Part shown: positions 1 through 12,978 of the stretch, in pieces
Numbering within the stretch: the stretch's first letter is position 1
Layout: each line of letters begins with the position of its first letter
DNA from: Neoconidiobolus thromboides FSU 785
Taxonomy: Eukaryota > Fungi > Entomophthoromycota
Assembly: GCA_025603075.1 (NCBI GenBank)
Contig: MU626358.1
Span: 1 to 64,000 of the forward strand
DNA length: 64,000 nt
Reading direction: 5' to 3'
Notes under the pieces: model-generated
Told to the model about the DNA's origin: nothing
The model's input: the letters and a program-made list of their open reading frames with translations, nothing else
Database searches by the model: none
Made by a program: the position numbers and the translations under genes

Positions 1-528
1 CAACCCAATGAACCAGTATCATTTACTAAAAGGGTCGAGCTCAAGCCTAAAGTTAAAGAAGTAAAGCCAGCACCTGAAATATCGATCAAAGGTTTATCTG
101 CTCCAACAACTGTAATGGTTTCAAACATTCACCAAATGACTAAAGCTGATGATATCAAACTTTGTTTTGGCCAAGTAGGAAAAGTATTAGCAGTTAATTA
201 CTTATATAATTCATATCGTGAGTTTACAGGACATGCGGAGATTGAGATGGGCTCTTTGGTTGAAGCTAATCAAATAGTTAAGCATTTTGATGGTCGTTTA
301 GCTGATGGCCAAGTTTTGCATGTAGTCATTAAGCCTCCAACTCAAAAGCCTGTCAATAAAGAAGTCTCATCTGAACATACACCTCCTTCTCGTAACAGAC
401 AATCTACTTCACACCATGTTGTAGAAGATAGAAGAGAAGAACCTTCCTTTCGCTCTTCTAACGGTTCAAGGAATGGTTACAATAGAGCTTCTTTCAATCC
501 TTACTCAAGGCCTTCATATAGACGTTAG
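1..528 (+). CDS. 3' part of an ALY/REF (Yra1/Mlo3)-like RRM protein; 5' end lies outside the window; paralog of 10566-11651
   Basis: Frame 1 is open from base 1 (QPNEPVSFTKRVELK...VMVSNIH) to TAG at 526-528. It has an RRM fold (VMVSNI...FTGHAEIEM) and is near-identical to the reverse complement of 10566-11093. Confidence 0.8.
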   Translation, partial: QPNEPVSFTKRVELKPKVKEVKPAPEISIKGLSAPTTVMVSNIHQMTKADDIKLCFGQVGKVLAVNYLYNSYREFTGHAEIEMGSLVEANQIVKHFDGRLADGQVLHVVIKPPTQKPVNKEVSSEHTPPSRNRQSTSHHVVEDRREEPSFRSSNGSRNGYNRASFNPYSRPSYRR

Positions 529-1786
529 TATATTTGATTATACTTGAGTTTATGAAACTCTATTATCGAAAGGAAACATTCAGTTTGACTATTCATCTAT
601 TGCAATATATTTTTTATTTTCGGCTGTAATGAATTTAAAGTATAAGGAAATATTTTTTTATTGAATTTTTTGGGATATTATGCCAACATTAATGATACTA
701 AACTATGATTATTACTAAGGTAGCTGTCAATTTTGAAATTCAAATGTTTAAAATATGGTCATAATCGTTTATTACAATATATTAAATTTTTGATACATAT
801 ATGTAGTGCGAATAAAACATAGTTTTGATAAACTTTATTTAAGCTTAAAAATTGACAAATAAATTAAAAAGAAATGTGAATGTTTACCAATTGTCCTATT
901 TTAAATTTTTTGAAATTAACAGCAATATAGTTATTCAAACTTAAACGTGTTTTAATTAATTGCTCATTTTAAAATAAATCTAAACCTAAGATGCAAAGCT
1001 ACATAACAAATTAAATAATTGACTACAAACCTTAACACTTACCAACGCATACTTAAACAGCTGCACTGATTAGTTTATTTTTGATTTTAAAAAGTAGAAA
1101 AAAAGAACAATTGGTAAAAAACATTCCTGATAATAAGTAAGCGCGGTTAAAAGCTATATTTATACTCTTAAAAACTTTTATCTGTGATACAAACGCCTTT
1201 TTTAGCATTAATGCTTTAATAAGCTGCTCCAATTGTAAGATTAAAAAGTAAAATAGGCGAAGGGCTTAAGACGATTATATGAACCTATTAAGAATAAGAA
1301 AAAATTATGGTCATAATATCTAAAGTGTTGCCAAGGTACTTAGTTTTTACTTTTAGATTATTCATTATTGTTTTCCTAATAAGTTACTTTATTTGGGATT
1401 TAGTTCAGATATAATAATCATATAGCTATAGAAAGGGCTCCTGATGCTTTATAACTATTACAATGTTTTACTTTAGATATATAAAGTTTGAAATTTGTAA
1501 ATTTATCTTAGATAGAAATACCATTTATTCTAAAACCATACTAAATTAGCTTGACTTACATTTAGATCTATTTTTGATAAAATCTAAACACTAGATTTAA
1601 AACAATTACACTCATTGAGTAGCCAAAAAAATTATGAATAATAAGATCAAGACTTACGTAGCACTTGCATCATATATATAATAGATTTTTTTGATTGGTT
1701 TCTATTTCATATCAGCCAATAATATCGTACTTTAAAGATCATTTTAACCCAGAGCAGTGATCATATCAATATTACTTTTTTAAATC

Positions 1787-2779
1787 ATGAGTTACAATAA
1801 TAATAACCAAGGATCAGATAACTATAACTTCGACCAAGATAAGGTAAATAAGCATGCTGAAAAGCAGATGGGTGGCAATATTTCAGCCCAAGATAGGGGA
1901 TTGATTGGTGACGCTTTTAAAATGTTGAGTGGGGGTAGCTCAGCTGGAAGTAGTGGGTCAGGTGGTAATTCAGGAAATAGTGATTTTGCATCAAGTATTT
2001 TATCACAAGTAGGTGGTGGAGGTGGTGGAAGTGGTGGGAATAAACAAGAGTTTTTAGGTATGGCAATGGGACAAGCATTAAAAATGCTAGGTAGTAGCAA
2101 TGCTAGTCAAGGCGAAAAAACTGGCATGCTAGCTTCTGTAGCTCAAATGGCTTCTGGATTCATGGGTCAAGGCCAAGGATCTGGAGGCAATCAAGGCTCA
2201 CAAGGAGGATATGGTGATCCTGAAGAAAGTTATGGTGGAGGCAACCAAGCAAATCAGGGGTCACAAGGAGGTTATGGTAACCAAGGTTCTCAAGGAGGTT
2301 ATGGAAATCAAGGTTCTCAAGGATCGCAAGGAGGATATGGCAACCAAGGTTCTCAAGGATCCCAAGGAGGTTATGGAAATCAAGGATCTCAAGGAGGTTA
2401 TGGTAATCAAGGATCCCAAGGAGGATATGGTAACCAAGGTTCTCAAGGAGGCCATGGTAATCAAGGAAGCCAAGGAGGATATGGTAACCAAGGTTCTCAA
2501 GGATCCCAAGGAGGTTATGGAAATCAAGGATCTCAAGGAGGCTATGGCAATCAAGGATCTCAAGGAGGCTACGGCAATCAAGGTTCTCAAGGATCCCAAG
2601 GAGGTTATGGAAATCAAGGTTCTCAAGGAGGATATGGTAACCAAGGTTCTCAAGGATCCCAAGGAGGTTATGGAAATCAAGGATCTCAAGGAGGATATGG
2701 AAAGCAAAACCAAGGTGGAAATAATAAATATCAACAAGAAGAAGAAAATACTACTTTCTACGGATCTAAACCTAACTAA
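1787..2779 (+). CDS. Intronless Gly/Gln/Ser/Asn-rich prion-like protein; the N-terminal half resembles the fungal beta-flanking/Rnq1-like family
   Basis: 330 aa ORF. Motifs KQEFLGMAMGQALKML and GMLASVAQMASGFM are followed by about 14 GGYGNQGSQ repeats. Confidence 0.75.
   Translation: MSYNNNNQGSDNYNFDQDKVNKHAEKQMGGNISAQDRGLIGDAFKMLSGGSSAGSSGSGGNSGNSDFASSILSQVGGGGGGSGGNKQEFLGMAMGQALKMLGSSNASQGEKTGMLASVAQMASGFMGQGQGSGGNQGSQGGYGDPEESYGGGNQANQGSQGGYGNQGSQGGYGNQGSQGSQGGYGNQGSQGSQGGYGNQGSQGGYGNQGSQGGYGNQGSQGGHGNQGSQGGYGNQGSQGSQGGYGNQGSQGGYGNQGSQGGYGNQGSQGSQGGYGNQGSQGGYGNQGSQGSQGGYGNQGSQGGYGKQNQGGNNKYQQEEENTTFYGSKPN
2266..2700 (+). repeat. Coding tandem repeat of 27 bp units (GGYGNQGSQ), some with an extra GSQ
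   Basis: About 14 units counted in the translation; synonymous codon variation between units. Confidence 0.9.
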
Positions 2780-2986
2780 ATTCATTTAACTTATTAAAGT
2801 TCATTCTTTAGAATTATTTTAATTTAACCAATTCATATTACATCTAATATTATCAAATAAACTAAAATTGAAATAAGGAATCGAATAAAATTTACCACAC
2901 GAATTAAGTTATATAATTTAAAAAATTTACTATAAATAAAACACTTTTTATTTTCAAAAATTACCTTTTACTAAAACAGAATTAAA

Positions 2987-4211
2987 TTATAATGACCCTG
3001 AAGAAGAGTTAACAATGCCACCTTTACCATGGTCACTTGAATCACTCTGTGATAGAAGTCGATCGGCTTCTTCTGCACTAATCATGTTTGTTGTTTCCAC
3101 TGCCAACCTAGATGGAACGGAAGGTCGGTAATCATTTGAATGTCCTAAAATAACGCCCCTATCCTTTAATCCAGTACCACGTATCTCTACTGGGTTAACT
3201 GGAGGTGTGTTCCATTTACGTGTTGGTACATAGCGTGGATCCATCATTTCAAACTCTTGCATTGTATAACGCGAACACTTATCTGCATTTTCAAGGTCCT
3301 GAATCATCTTAGCAATAGTAGGATGTGAAAATCCATAATAATCGGGTCCAGAAGCAGAGTTAGTAGCTCCTTTTGAGCGGAGTTTATTTGCTTTACGCAT
3401 TACAGCTGTCCAAACCCCAGTAGGGGACTCAGCAATAAAGGGTTCCGGACAGTCATCAGCGTCAATTTGGAAGCGCGGGTTGCCGTTAACTTCCAAAATA
3501 GTTGCTGTATAACATGCTTCGCGGTCAGGTGAAATGGTGCTATTATAATATCTTTTGACAGTGTAGCCTATTGGCCAGATATAGCGTTCATTATGAAAGC
3601 TTGGATTTTTGTATTCTACTCTGCCTAAAGATACCACTGTAAGGATACCAACCGTAACTGGAAGGATATAGTTGCCTAGTTCATCCCTAGGTAAAGGTTG
3701 GACCCTTCTAGCCTTGGACACGTTACGGCGCGAAGACTTGTTTCCTTTATCTTTTGAAGTGAGTGCAGAAGTGGCACCGTTATAGGAAGAACCAGAACGG
3801 TTTGAATTTCCATTTCTTATTTGATTATTGTTAGTGCCATAAGGGGAGTTAGTTTTTACTTTAGCTTTAACTAAGAAATAAAAAGTTAGTATATGTTTAA
3901 TAAGTAGATAAATACGTTACTATCAAAGGTAGGTTTTTCCTCTTCACTTTCAGAGGTGGTAGGAGAGTCATCGTCTAGTTTAAGAATTTCAGCTTCTAAT
4001 AAGGAGTTTCTTTGTTTAAGACGATTTATCAGGTTTTTAGCTTGCTGAAGTTTGCTTTGACTGTCATCATATTTCTAATAAAAAGTATAAATAAATAAAA
4101 CACTTTATTAAAATAAATTACCTCTTGTATTTCTTTTAATTTTCGTTTTGCTAAACGATATTTATCTTCATACACAGAAATCGGTTCGCTTGGTTTTTGA
4201 TTAAAAGACAT
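2987..4211 (-). CDS. FYRN/FYRC (F/Y-rich) domain protein, TBRG1-like, 3 exons
   Basis: FYRN motif FHNERYIWPIGY and FYRC motif SGPDYYGFSHPTIAKMIQDL. GT-AG introns at 4075-4121 and 3871-3920 join the ORFs in frame. Confidence 0.85.
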
Positions 4212-5135
4212 TGAAAAGTAAGCTCTTTAATAATCTTCCTTAGGTTTAAGTGCGTTTCATTCCTTGTAGTTCAAATCAGGTGCCCCATTCTTACCTTATT
4301 GATTGGCTAATTTTAGTCGACTCCTCTACCTTGGTTGCTTTATTTATTTAAGGTGTTGAAAGCCAAATCTTTAAGCAATTATTCGCTCAAGTAAGTTACA
4401 AAATAAGCGAAATTGGTGAAGTTAAAATTCTATAACTGGAATATTTGGTAAGAATGCTGATAATTATTGTTGATTTGGATTAAAAGCTCATAAATTTCTA
4501 TCCACATGAGTTATTTGTACGGTTTATTAAATAAAGGAGAGATGAAAAGATTAAGATCATGATTCAAAAATATAATAGAGTAATAAGAACAGCTCATTTA
4601 AATAAAAATACTACAGGAGGGCTTATCAAGAATATTTATGTTATAGAGAGTTTGTATTAAAGTAATAAAATTTTATACTTTTTTAAAACCGTGGACTTTG
4701 TGATGCTTTTATTAAGCTTTAGTTTATGGACTTTAGATTCCATAAAAAAGTTTATAGTTTATCTAAACAAGTAATAGAGTATTGATAACAAAAGTTTAAG
4801 ATTAAACACATGGCCTTTCAAGAGCAAAAAGAAGATAGAAGACTATATAAAAAGGATTAAAGTTGAATGAAGTATTTTTATAAAAAATTTGAAATATAGT
4901 AATTAAAGGCTTAAAGTCTATTTCATGAAAATAAATTTCTCAACTTGAATGTAAAATACAACTTTGAAGATCTTAAAGTTTGGTTGAAAAATCCCAATAA
5001 AAGCATTTAAGTTTTAGTTTAATGAATAACTAAAATGAAAATGAAAATATATAGTCTCAATGCATATTAACAGATATTCAACAAATTAAAATCATCTTTC
5101 TAGTTAATCTCTAAGAATATTTTATTTTAGTTCAT

Positions 5136-8100
5136 CTATGGTTTATCAGCAATTGACTTAGGTTGATTATTAGCAAAAAGTGTAAAAGATACATGTTCAA
5201 CCACATAAGCAAGTCCAAAGTCAAGTACAAGACCCATAACTAAACGATTACGGAACTAAATTAAACGTTTAATTTTATGTTAAAAAAGTTGTAAAAAATA
5301 ACTTACTGCTGAAGGGAAAGGTACCAAAGACAAAAATTCATTCATAGAAGGGAATAATTCAGTAGCACAAGCAAATGCAATAAATCCGCACAACATTAAT
5401 CCATTATATAATGTTTTATTCTCTCTCAAACTCTCACGGAATGGATGGCCCTATAGTTCTTTTATCAATTGTTATTCTAATAAATTATAAATAACTTACT
5501 TGATAATTAATAGCAAAGGTAGATACTTGTAATGAAAGAGAAATCAAAAACACGGCACTATTCAAGAGACTTGGCTCAAATGTGGAATCCAAGTCCACAG
5601 GTTTTTGACTAAACAAAATTAATTTAACTGTATAAATACTAATTTTAAATACTTACGTTTCAAAAATCTTGGCTTGTTGAACGATGTAAATTAATGAAAC
5701 AATATGTACAAAGAACTGACCCATCACAGAAGATATAATGTATTTGTTAAATATATTCGTTTGAGGCCTTTCAATGGATAATGTTTCCAAAGGTTGTGCT
5801 TTACTGATACATAAGAAACAGACAGCAAGCAACATACCAGAGATAGTTGCTTGATAATCGCCATATTTGATACCATCGAGATAAAGTACACTTAAGGAGT
5901 AAGCTGAAATTAAGCAATTGAGTGCTAATATTTTATACATCTGTGTGGTTGCTACCAAGGTACATCTTCCTTGTCTGATAATGCTAACAACTAATAATGA
6001 AACTTATAATAAAAATAATTTGATATTAAATAATATATACCTGATTCAATAGAAGCCAGCTTTGAAGTAAAAGGTGAAGCTACAGAAGCATCTCCAAATT
6101 TAAGTACTGGTACATCTTCATCTAATTCCTCAAACAATTTTTCTGTGAGTACAGAGGGATCGACAGCTTGTGGAACAGGTCTAGCGTTACGATTACCCTG
6201 TACTTGAGGAGCAGCTGGAGCAAGTCCAAGTTCTCTTACTAAAAGTGGAGGAGGTTGAGGTATGGGTAAATTGAATTTAATAGCCATATCCTTTTGTTTC
6301 TCATATAAATCTTTTAATCTTTCGATTCTTTGCCTTTTTGCGATCTTGTCTAAATCTTCTGGAGTCCCATCCAATAAAGCAACACCTAATTAATTATTTA
6401 GTTAATTTCAATTAAATGTTTTAGTAACTACCTATATGGGCTTGTTTTAAAGCTCCTACATCATTAGTACCATCACCACACATTAAGGTCACGTAACCTT
6501 CATTTTTCATAGTTGATAAAATGAGCTCCTAAGATCGTATTTTAATTTTTGTATATATTATATAATGAGATTATTTCATTGGGCAATTTCCTTAAAAATA
6601 GATAGTAACTTACTTTTTGTCCAGGAGAAACACGTGCGTAGACCCAAACATGAGAAATAAGCTCTTTGAGTAAAGAAGTACCTTCAATTAAAGACATAGC
6701 AGGTCCAGTTAAGCATAAATCATATTTTTTATAAATATTTTTATCTATTTTCTCATCTTTGGCGCTAAGTTTATAGCTTATACTTTCATCAACCGAAAAA
6801 CAAGTTAATTCGTCTAAGTATATTAATACAAAATATGACAAATAAACTATTAGTATTACCATCTTTAGCATCAATGATCAAAGTTTCACGAGTAGTAATT
6901 TCAACTTCTTTTGATACATGGCAAGCAGTTAAAGCATTATCACCGGTAATCATAACAACCTTAAACAAGATTAAAATGAATCAACTATTTCGTTTAAAAA
7001 TATATTACTCTATGAGAAGAATCATTTAGCTTTTTAATCACGGCTTTGGAATCTTCTTTTAAAGGATTATGGAAAACCAAAAAGCCAGAAAAAGTTAATT
7101 CAGATTCTACAGATTCTCTGGAAACTTTATCAACCTAAACAAAAAGCGTCAATTTGTGATGCTTTAAATTGAAGTTTTTTTACCTTTTCAGTTTTAGATG
7201 AAATAAATTTAGTTGCTAAAGCTAACACACGATTACCACGACGACCAAAATATTTATATGCTTCTTCATATCCTTTTGGCACTTGCTTGAGCATAGATTG
7301 GATGGTTTCAGGAGCTCCTTTTACTGCTACCAAATAATCATTTGAAACTTCTTTACTAACTCTTGAGATAGTAGACATGCGTTTAAGTGCTGAAGAGAAT
7401 TGGAAGCGACGTAAGATTTGTAAAGATAAGTTTGAATTCATTGAATTAACGAGGCCATCTAAATATTGGTAAAATAACCATTGTTATGGAGATAAGTTAT
7501 ATTACCTTTGTTTATTTCCCATCCGATTGCTTCTAAAGTTGCTTTTTCCATGGGGTCGCCAACTATTCCGTCTGGTATTAAAACCAAAGCATGGGCAGAA
7601 GCAAGTACTAAGGTAGAAGTTTGGGGTACTTTATTGGCTGGATTGATAGTTTTAAGATCATTACTAAAAAAGTATTAGCATATAAAACAATATTAAATTA
7701 AAGCTGTTTACTTATCATAAGCAACACCTTCAACGACTAAGTTTTCCGAAGTAAGAGTACCTGTTTTATCAAAACAACAAATATCTACTTTTCCGGCAAA
7801 TGGGATACGGAATGGTTCGGTACAGAAGATGGCCAATTTAGACAAGGCTAATAAACTAGTATTTACAGATAATGATAATTCCATAGGTAACTCAGGTGGA
7901 ACAACGGAAGTAATGATAAGAATACAATCTAAAACTAATTTAGATTTCTTACGTTCTTCATTCTTAGATCCTAACAAAATACTTTAATAAATTATCCATC
8001 ATATGCATTCTATTTCGACTTACCTTCAATCCAGACGTAAGCGGATGCAGCAATTGCAAACACCATTAAAAATAAAATGAACAGTAACGCCTCGGCATTA

Positions 8101-9564
8101 TTTGCACTCTCACGTTCTGTAGAATATACCATAGTACGTACTAACTTACCCTAATAAAATAAAATCAAAACTAAAGTTATTTATTTGGCTCATTGCTTAC
8201 TTGTGATGTCCCAAAACCAGTTTTTAAAACGTAAGCTAAACAGCCATCATCGGGTGCAACAATGGAGCTATCTTTACTTGGAGTAGCCTGTAATATCTTT
8301 GTTCCTCCATAAAGTAAATGATTTTTGTCGATTCCTTCTGGTGTAAAAACATCATCATCTTCTCTTAATCTTATAGATTCTTTAAGTAAAGGTGTAGATT
8401 CTCCAGTCAACATAGCTTCATTTACAATAGCACTTCCATCTACTATGATCATATCACATGGAACAGCTGTTTCATCATTGGTTCTAACTATGGAGCATAA
8501 ATCTCCAGGTAATAATTCATCAGATGAAATTAATTTCCACTGATTTTCACGGTATACGTTGATTTCAAATGGTTTAATTGACAGTGAACGGAATTCGCTT
8601 AATGTTCTTAATCTCTAAATACATTTCGTTAACTTTTTACAATAAAACAAATTTCAATTAAGTTTACTTGATAAACTACAGTTGATTCAAACCCTACTAA
8701 CATGATTAAAGTGAAGATTGAATAATACCAAAACTCATCAAAGCACCAAAGCATTACACAAAATATTTGAAATATAAAAAAAGGCGCTACTGCATGTTCT
8801 TTAAACAACTCTTGAAACGTAGGACTTGGTATGTCAAATCTAATCAGGATCAAATAAATTAACTCTTAATAAATATTCTCTTTTATGTTACTTATTCAAT
8901 CCATAGTCTTTGGTAACTTGGCTAATTTCTTTAACATCCTTTAAACCCTTACTATTTTTAAATAATGATAAGCTAGGACTCTCTTCACATGGATAAACCA
9001 ATCTTTTAAATTCTTTTCTATCTGCGTCATAATAAAACTTTAACTTTTGAAAATAAAATTTGATCTCATTCCCCTAAAATATCAATAAAAATATTTACTA
9101 TTATAAGGTTTATAGACTATTACTTCATGAATGATATCACAAAAACTACCGTTACCCTTATGTAAAGGCGGGAATACCAATATCAGTTTAGCCTTATTTA
9201 TATCCATTTCCTTCAAAAACCGTTAACAAATATTTTTCAAAGCTTGGTTAAATCTTACCTTTGTACAAGTAATAAAAGCTCGAGCGTTTAAGGACCATTG
9301 ACATAGCAAAAAGGCAAGAGCATGGAAAGTCAAAGCAGCCCCGACTGAAACATAAAAATACTCAATATGTGGATAGTAGTATTCGAAATCTTTTATAGCT
9401 GGGTAGAAAACAGCAGCATAGACAAAGAAAAAGGGCCAACTATAAAGTCGAAATAGTGGCTCTTTAAGATTGTGTAGACTGGCTGAGGCTATTGCCTCAC
9501 TCTGTATGATCCTAAATACTAGGTTAATGGTTGATTCATATATTAAGTGTTTTTTGTATTACAT
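5136..9564 (-). CDS. SPF1: P5A-type ATPase (Spf1/ATP13A1), multi-exon
   Basis: Motifs [37 protein letters not shown] and [13 protein letters not shown]. Last exon ends ...SIADKP* at 5136. The start position is inferred. Confidence 0.95.
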
Positions 9565-10565
9565 ATTATTTAAAATTAAAATTTTGAGTTTTGATTTTGA
9601 TTTTTGGTTTAAATAATCCAGATTATCTTGCATATTCTATAGCTGCATTATTGTTAGGTGTAAATTTGATATGTAAATAGAATAACTAATTATTTCAAAG
9701 TTGTCTATTTTTAATTGGAGAATGATGTATTTTGATATACTAGTCCAATTAAACTAGGCCAACTCAAGCTATAAGTATTTCTAAAGTTAACCAGCTAAAA
9801 GCTATGGATTAGCCTGTATATCTAATGACAGGTGTTAAATGTCCAAATTTATATGCTATTATACTCTATTAGAAAATAAAGTATAAAAGAAAATTCGCAA
9901 TATGAAAAAATAGACACCAAATTATAAATCTTTATAAAAATTCATCAAGAATATCAAAATTCAACTATAGTAGATTTATTTTCTTACACACATTTGTACT
10001 ACAAAGTTCTTGCCAAGGGAATTAAATTCAGGCTTTTTATGTGATAACTAGGCACTTTACCACTATACTACAAGTACTAGTTCCCAATATGGAAAATTTT
10101 ATTAAAATATAAATACCTTCAGAACAATTTTCCAAATAAGGGATCATCCTCAAGGTTAAATAATGCAATTGTGACTCTCGCAGAGAAGAGTCAATTGGGG
10201 TTGATCAGAGCTGTTGGATCCAAACTTGAGACCTAGTCAGCTGAGGAGTAACGGGCAATCATATCAATTTCGCAACCAATTCAAATCAGTTAAGATATTA
10301 AAAACTCTTTTTGAAGTATTGCTAATTTTTACAATTAATGTACAATACTATCACAAAGTCATTTAGCCTTTGAATTTTAAAGAAAATACAGTATTATTAT
10401 AATAAATACTGATAATATATTAATGCTTTTATTAAAGTTATTATATGGATTTAAGATAATTGATTTTTAATAAAAAAAAGTTAACAAAATCAAAAGATTA
10501 ATGCATTTAAAAGAAAACTACTATAGCAATACTATATAAAAAAAGTAAGAATTTTATTAAAGAAA

Positions 10566-11651
10566 TTAATGTCTATATGAAGACCTTGGGTAGGGATTGA
10601 AAGAAGCTTTATCACGACCATTCCTTAAACCATTGGAAGAGCGAAAAGAAGGCTCTTCTCTTCTATCTTCTACAACACGATGTGAAGTAGATTGTCTGTT
10701 ACGAGAAGGAGGTGTATGTTCAGATGAGACTTCTTTATTGACAGGCTTTTGAGTTGGAGGCTTAATGACTACATGCAAAACTTGGCCATCAGCTAAACGA
10801 CCATCAAAATGCTTAACTATTTGATTAGCTTCAACCAAAGAGCCCATCTCAATCTCCGCATGTCCTGTAAACTCACGATATGAATTATATAAGTAATTAA
10901 CTGCTAATACTTTTCCTACTTGGCCAAAACAAAGTTTGATATCATCAGCTTTAGCCAAATGATGAATATTAGAAACCATTACAGTTGTTGGAGCAGATAA
11001 ACCTTTGATCGATATTTCAGGTGCTGGCTTTACTTCTTTAACTTTAGGCTTGAGCTCGACCCTTTTAGTAAATGATACTGGTTCATTGGGTTGTCTGTAA
11101 TGCTTGAAAGCTGTGTTACTGGCTTGTCTAATAGATTTCGAGACATTGCTATTGCTATTGAACGGCTTCTCATTTTCAGAATTTAATTTGGCTCTTAAAT
11201 CTTTTGTTTTAAATCCGCCTTTTGGTACAGGAGCATTAGCTCTAAGATCTTTAGTTTTAAATCCACCCTTTGGTATTTCGACTACAGTTTAAATTATTTA
11301 GTTAGGATCGCTTATTGTTAAATATCAGATGAATTAAAAGGAAGCCATGTTTATAAAACTATATAAAGCGAACTTACCTGTCTTATTAGCTGAGTGAGGA
11401 TCATTAATCTTATTAAATTTATCATGCTTCCATTTACCTTCCACTTCCATCTTTGCTCTAGTCTTAACTTTTCTTTTTTGTTTGAGAGCTTCTTGTCTCT
11501 TTTCTTTTTTAGCTTGAATCGTTTCTTTTCTATTTTTCTTAATAACATCCTCCAACGCCATATCTAAATATGGGTTATCTTTTTTGCTTTCATTACCTTT
11601 AATTAAATCTGCTTTTTCCTCTTTAACGTTTGCTTTGTCGACTGCTGACAT
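10566..11651 (-). CDS. ALY/REF (THOC4/Yra1/Mlo3)-like mRNA export adaptor with an RRM, 2 exons
   Basis: N-terminal LDMALEDVIKK resembles the REF N-box and KWKHDKF resembles the WxHD motif; an RRM follows. ATG at 11651; intron 11282-11377 restores the frame. Confidence 0.75.
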
Positions 11652-12265
11652 TTTTTTTAATTTTTTTGAAAAAAGGTTGTTTCCATTCAATGCGAAGTTT
11701 TGTTTTTTTATCTCTAGTCAGCATCATTACGCCTGATTGGTTCAAAAGCCTCCTATTTCTTAACAAAAAATAAGGAGTGATTGAGCATTTACGAAAGTAA
11801 ATTAGCTGATTTTTATATAAACTTATTCTATTTAACCAAGGATGTTTGATGTTGTTAAATATTAATACCGCTATTGAACTAACTTTCGAAATACATTCAA
11901 TCCTCTAGATTTATGATTTCCCAATCGAAATTAATACACTTAATATAAGCTTACTATTTTAAAGGAGTTATTTTTTCATTCTAGATAAAATAAAATCTAT
12001 TTTTGAAGTTGTAATAAAATTTATTGATTAAACTGACTTAATGTAATTTGATAATATAGAACTTTTATTTAATATTAAACCAAGGGTCAATCATAATAGT
12101 AATTTTTTAACATGAAATTTTAGCTTCACTGATGATACGACTAAGTTTTACAATAATTTATAAAAATTATTTGAACACACCTCTAGTTTGAATTATTGGT
12201 AAAAAAAATCATTTTTCTAAAATTTAATATTGACACAAATAGTAAAACGTTAATTTAAAGCTATT

Positions 12266-12370
12266 ATATGGGGGCGTTTTTTTTGATTTCATTACTTTTT
12301 CCATCTTTAAGCGCTATCTGGGTGGAAAAACTGTTAGTGAAGTTCTTAAATACAAAAATACATCCCTATA
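12266..12370 (-). mobile_element. ~105 bp MITE-like element, copy 1
   Basis: TIR ATATGGGG..TTTTTTG / CATCCCTATA; matches the family consensus. Confidence 0.8.
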
Positions 12371-12978
12371 GCTTAAACAGACTAATATTTGATTCTTCTA
12401 TTTAATCTATCTGGATTTATTATTCAAAGTAGACAGTACAAAAGGTTCTGATTTAATGTCTTTACATCTTACACTAATTTAAATTAATAATAAAGTTGAA
12501 CTTTCCTTAATATTTACTTTTATAGATCTTGTATTCCTTGCTATTATTATACAGACTTTAGGACGGTCTATCAATTAAATAAACCAGTAGCTAAATTTTG
12601 ATAATAAATTACTTTCATTATAATTATAATCTAATTTAATTTTGAGCTTCATTTTTCATAACAACAATTATAGCATCCCTTAACTACAATCCTTGAATAC
12701 TTTAGTATATAATATTAAAAATAATCATTATGATAAGATAGTAGTAGGAAGCACTACCAGCATAAATTATTCATATTGGTATTTTTTAGTTTTAAAAGGT
12801 CATCTGTAGGTCTAAGTTTTCAATAATGATTTCTATTCAGCAACTCTATGACTCAAAAATGATATCAATATAATGATATTTTCACTAATTTGTTGCATAA
12901 TCAAACATGGTTTATTTAGAGTGTAGCTATACAAAAAGAGCAGGCAACTGTAGACTAGAACAAATGGTATAAATAGCT

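Noticed and set aside
1822-2789. Overlapping ORFs 1822-2100(-), 2211-2789(+) and 2261-2785(-)
   Set aside because: These are shadows of the stop-poor 27 bp coding repeat and Gly-rich codons of 1787-2779.
1787-4211. Mating-type locus suggested by the beta-flanking-like gene
   Set aside because: No homeodomain or HMG-box mating genes are visible nearby, and the family similarity itself is from memory.
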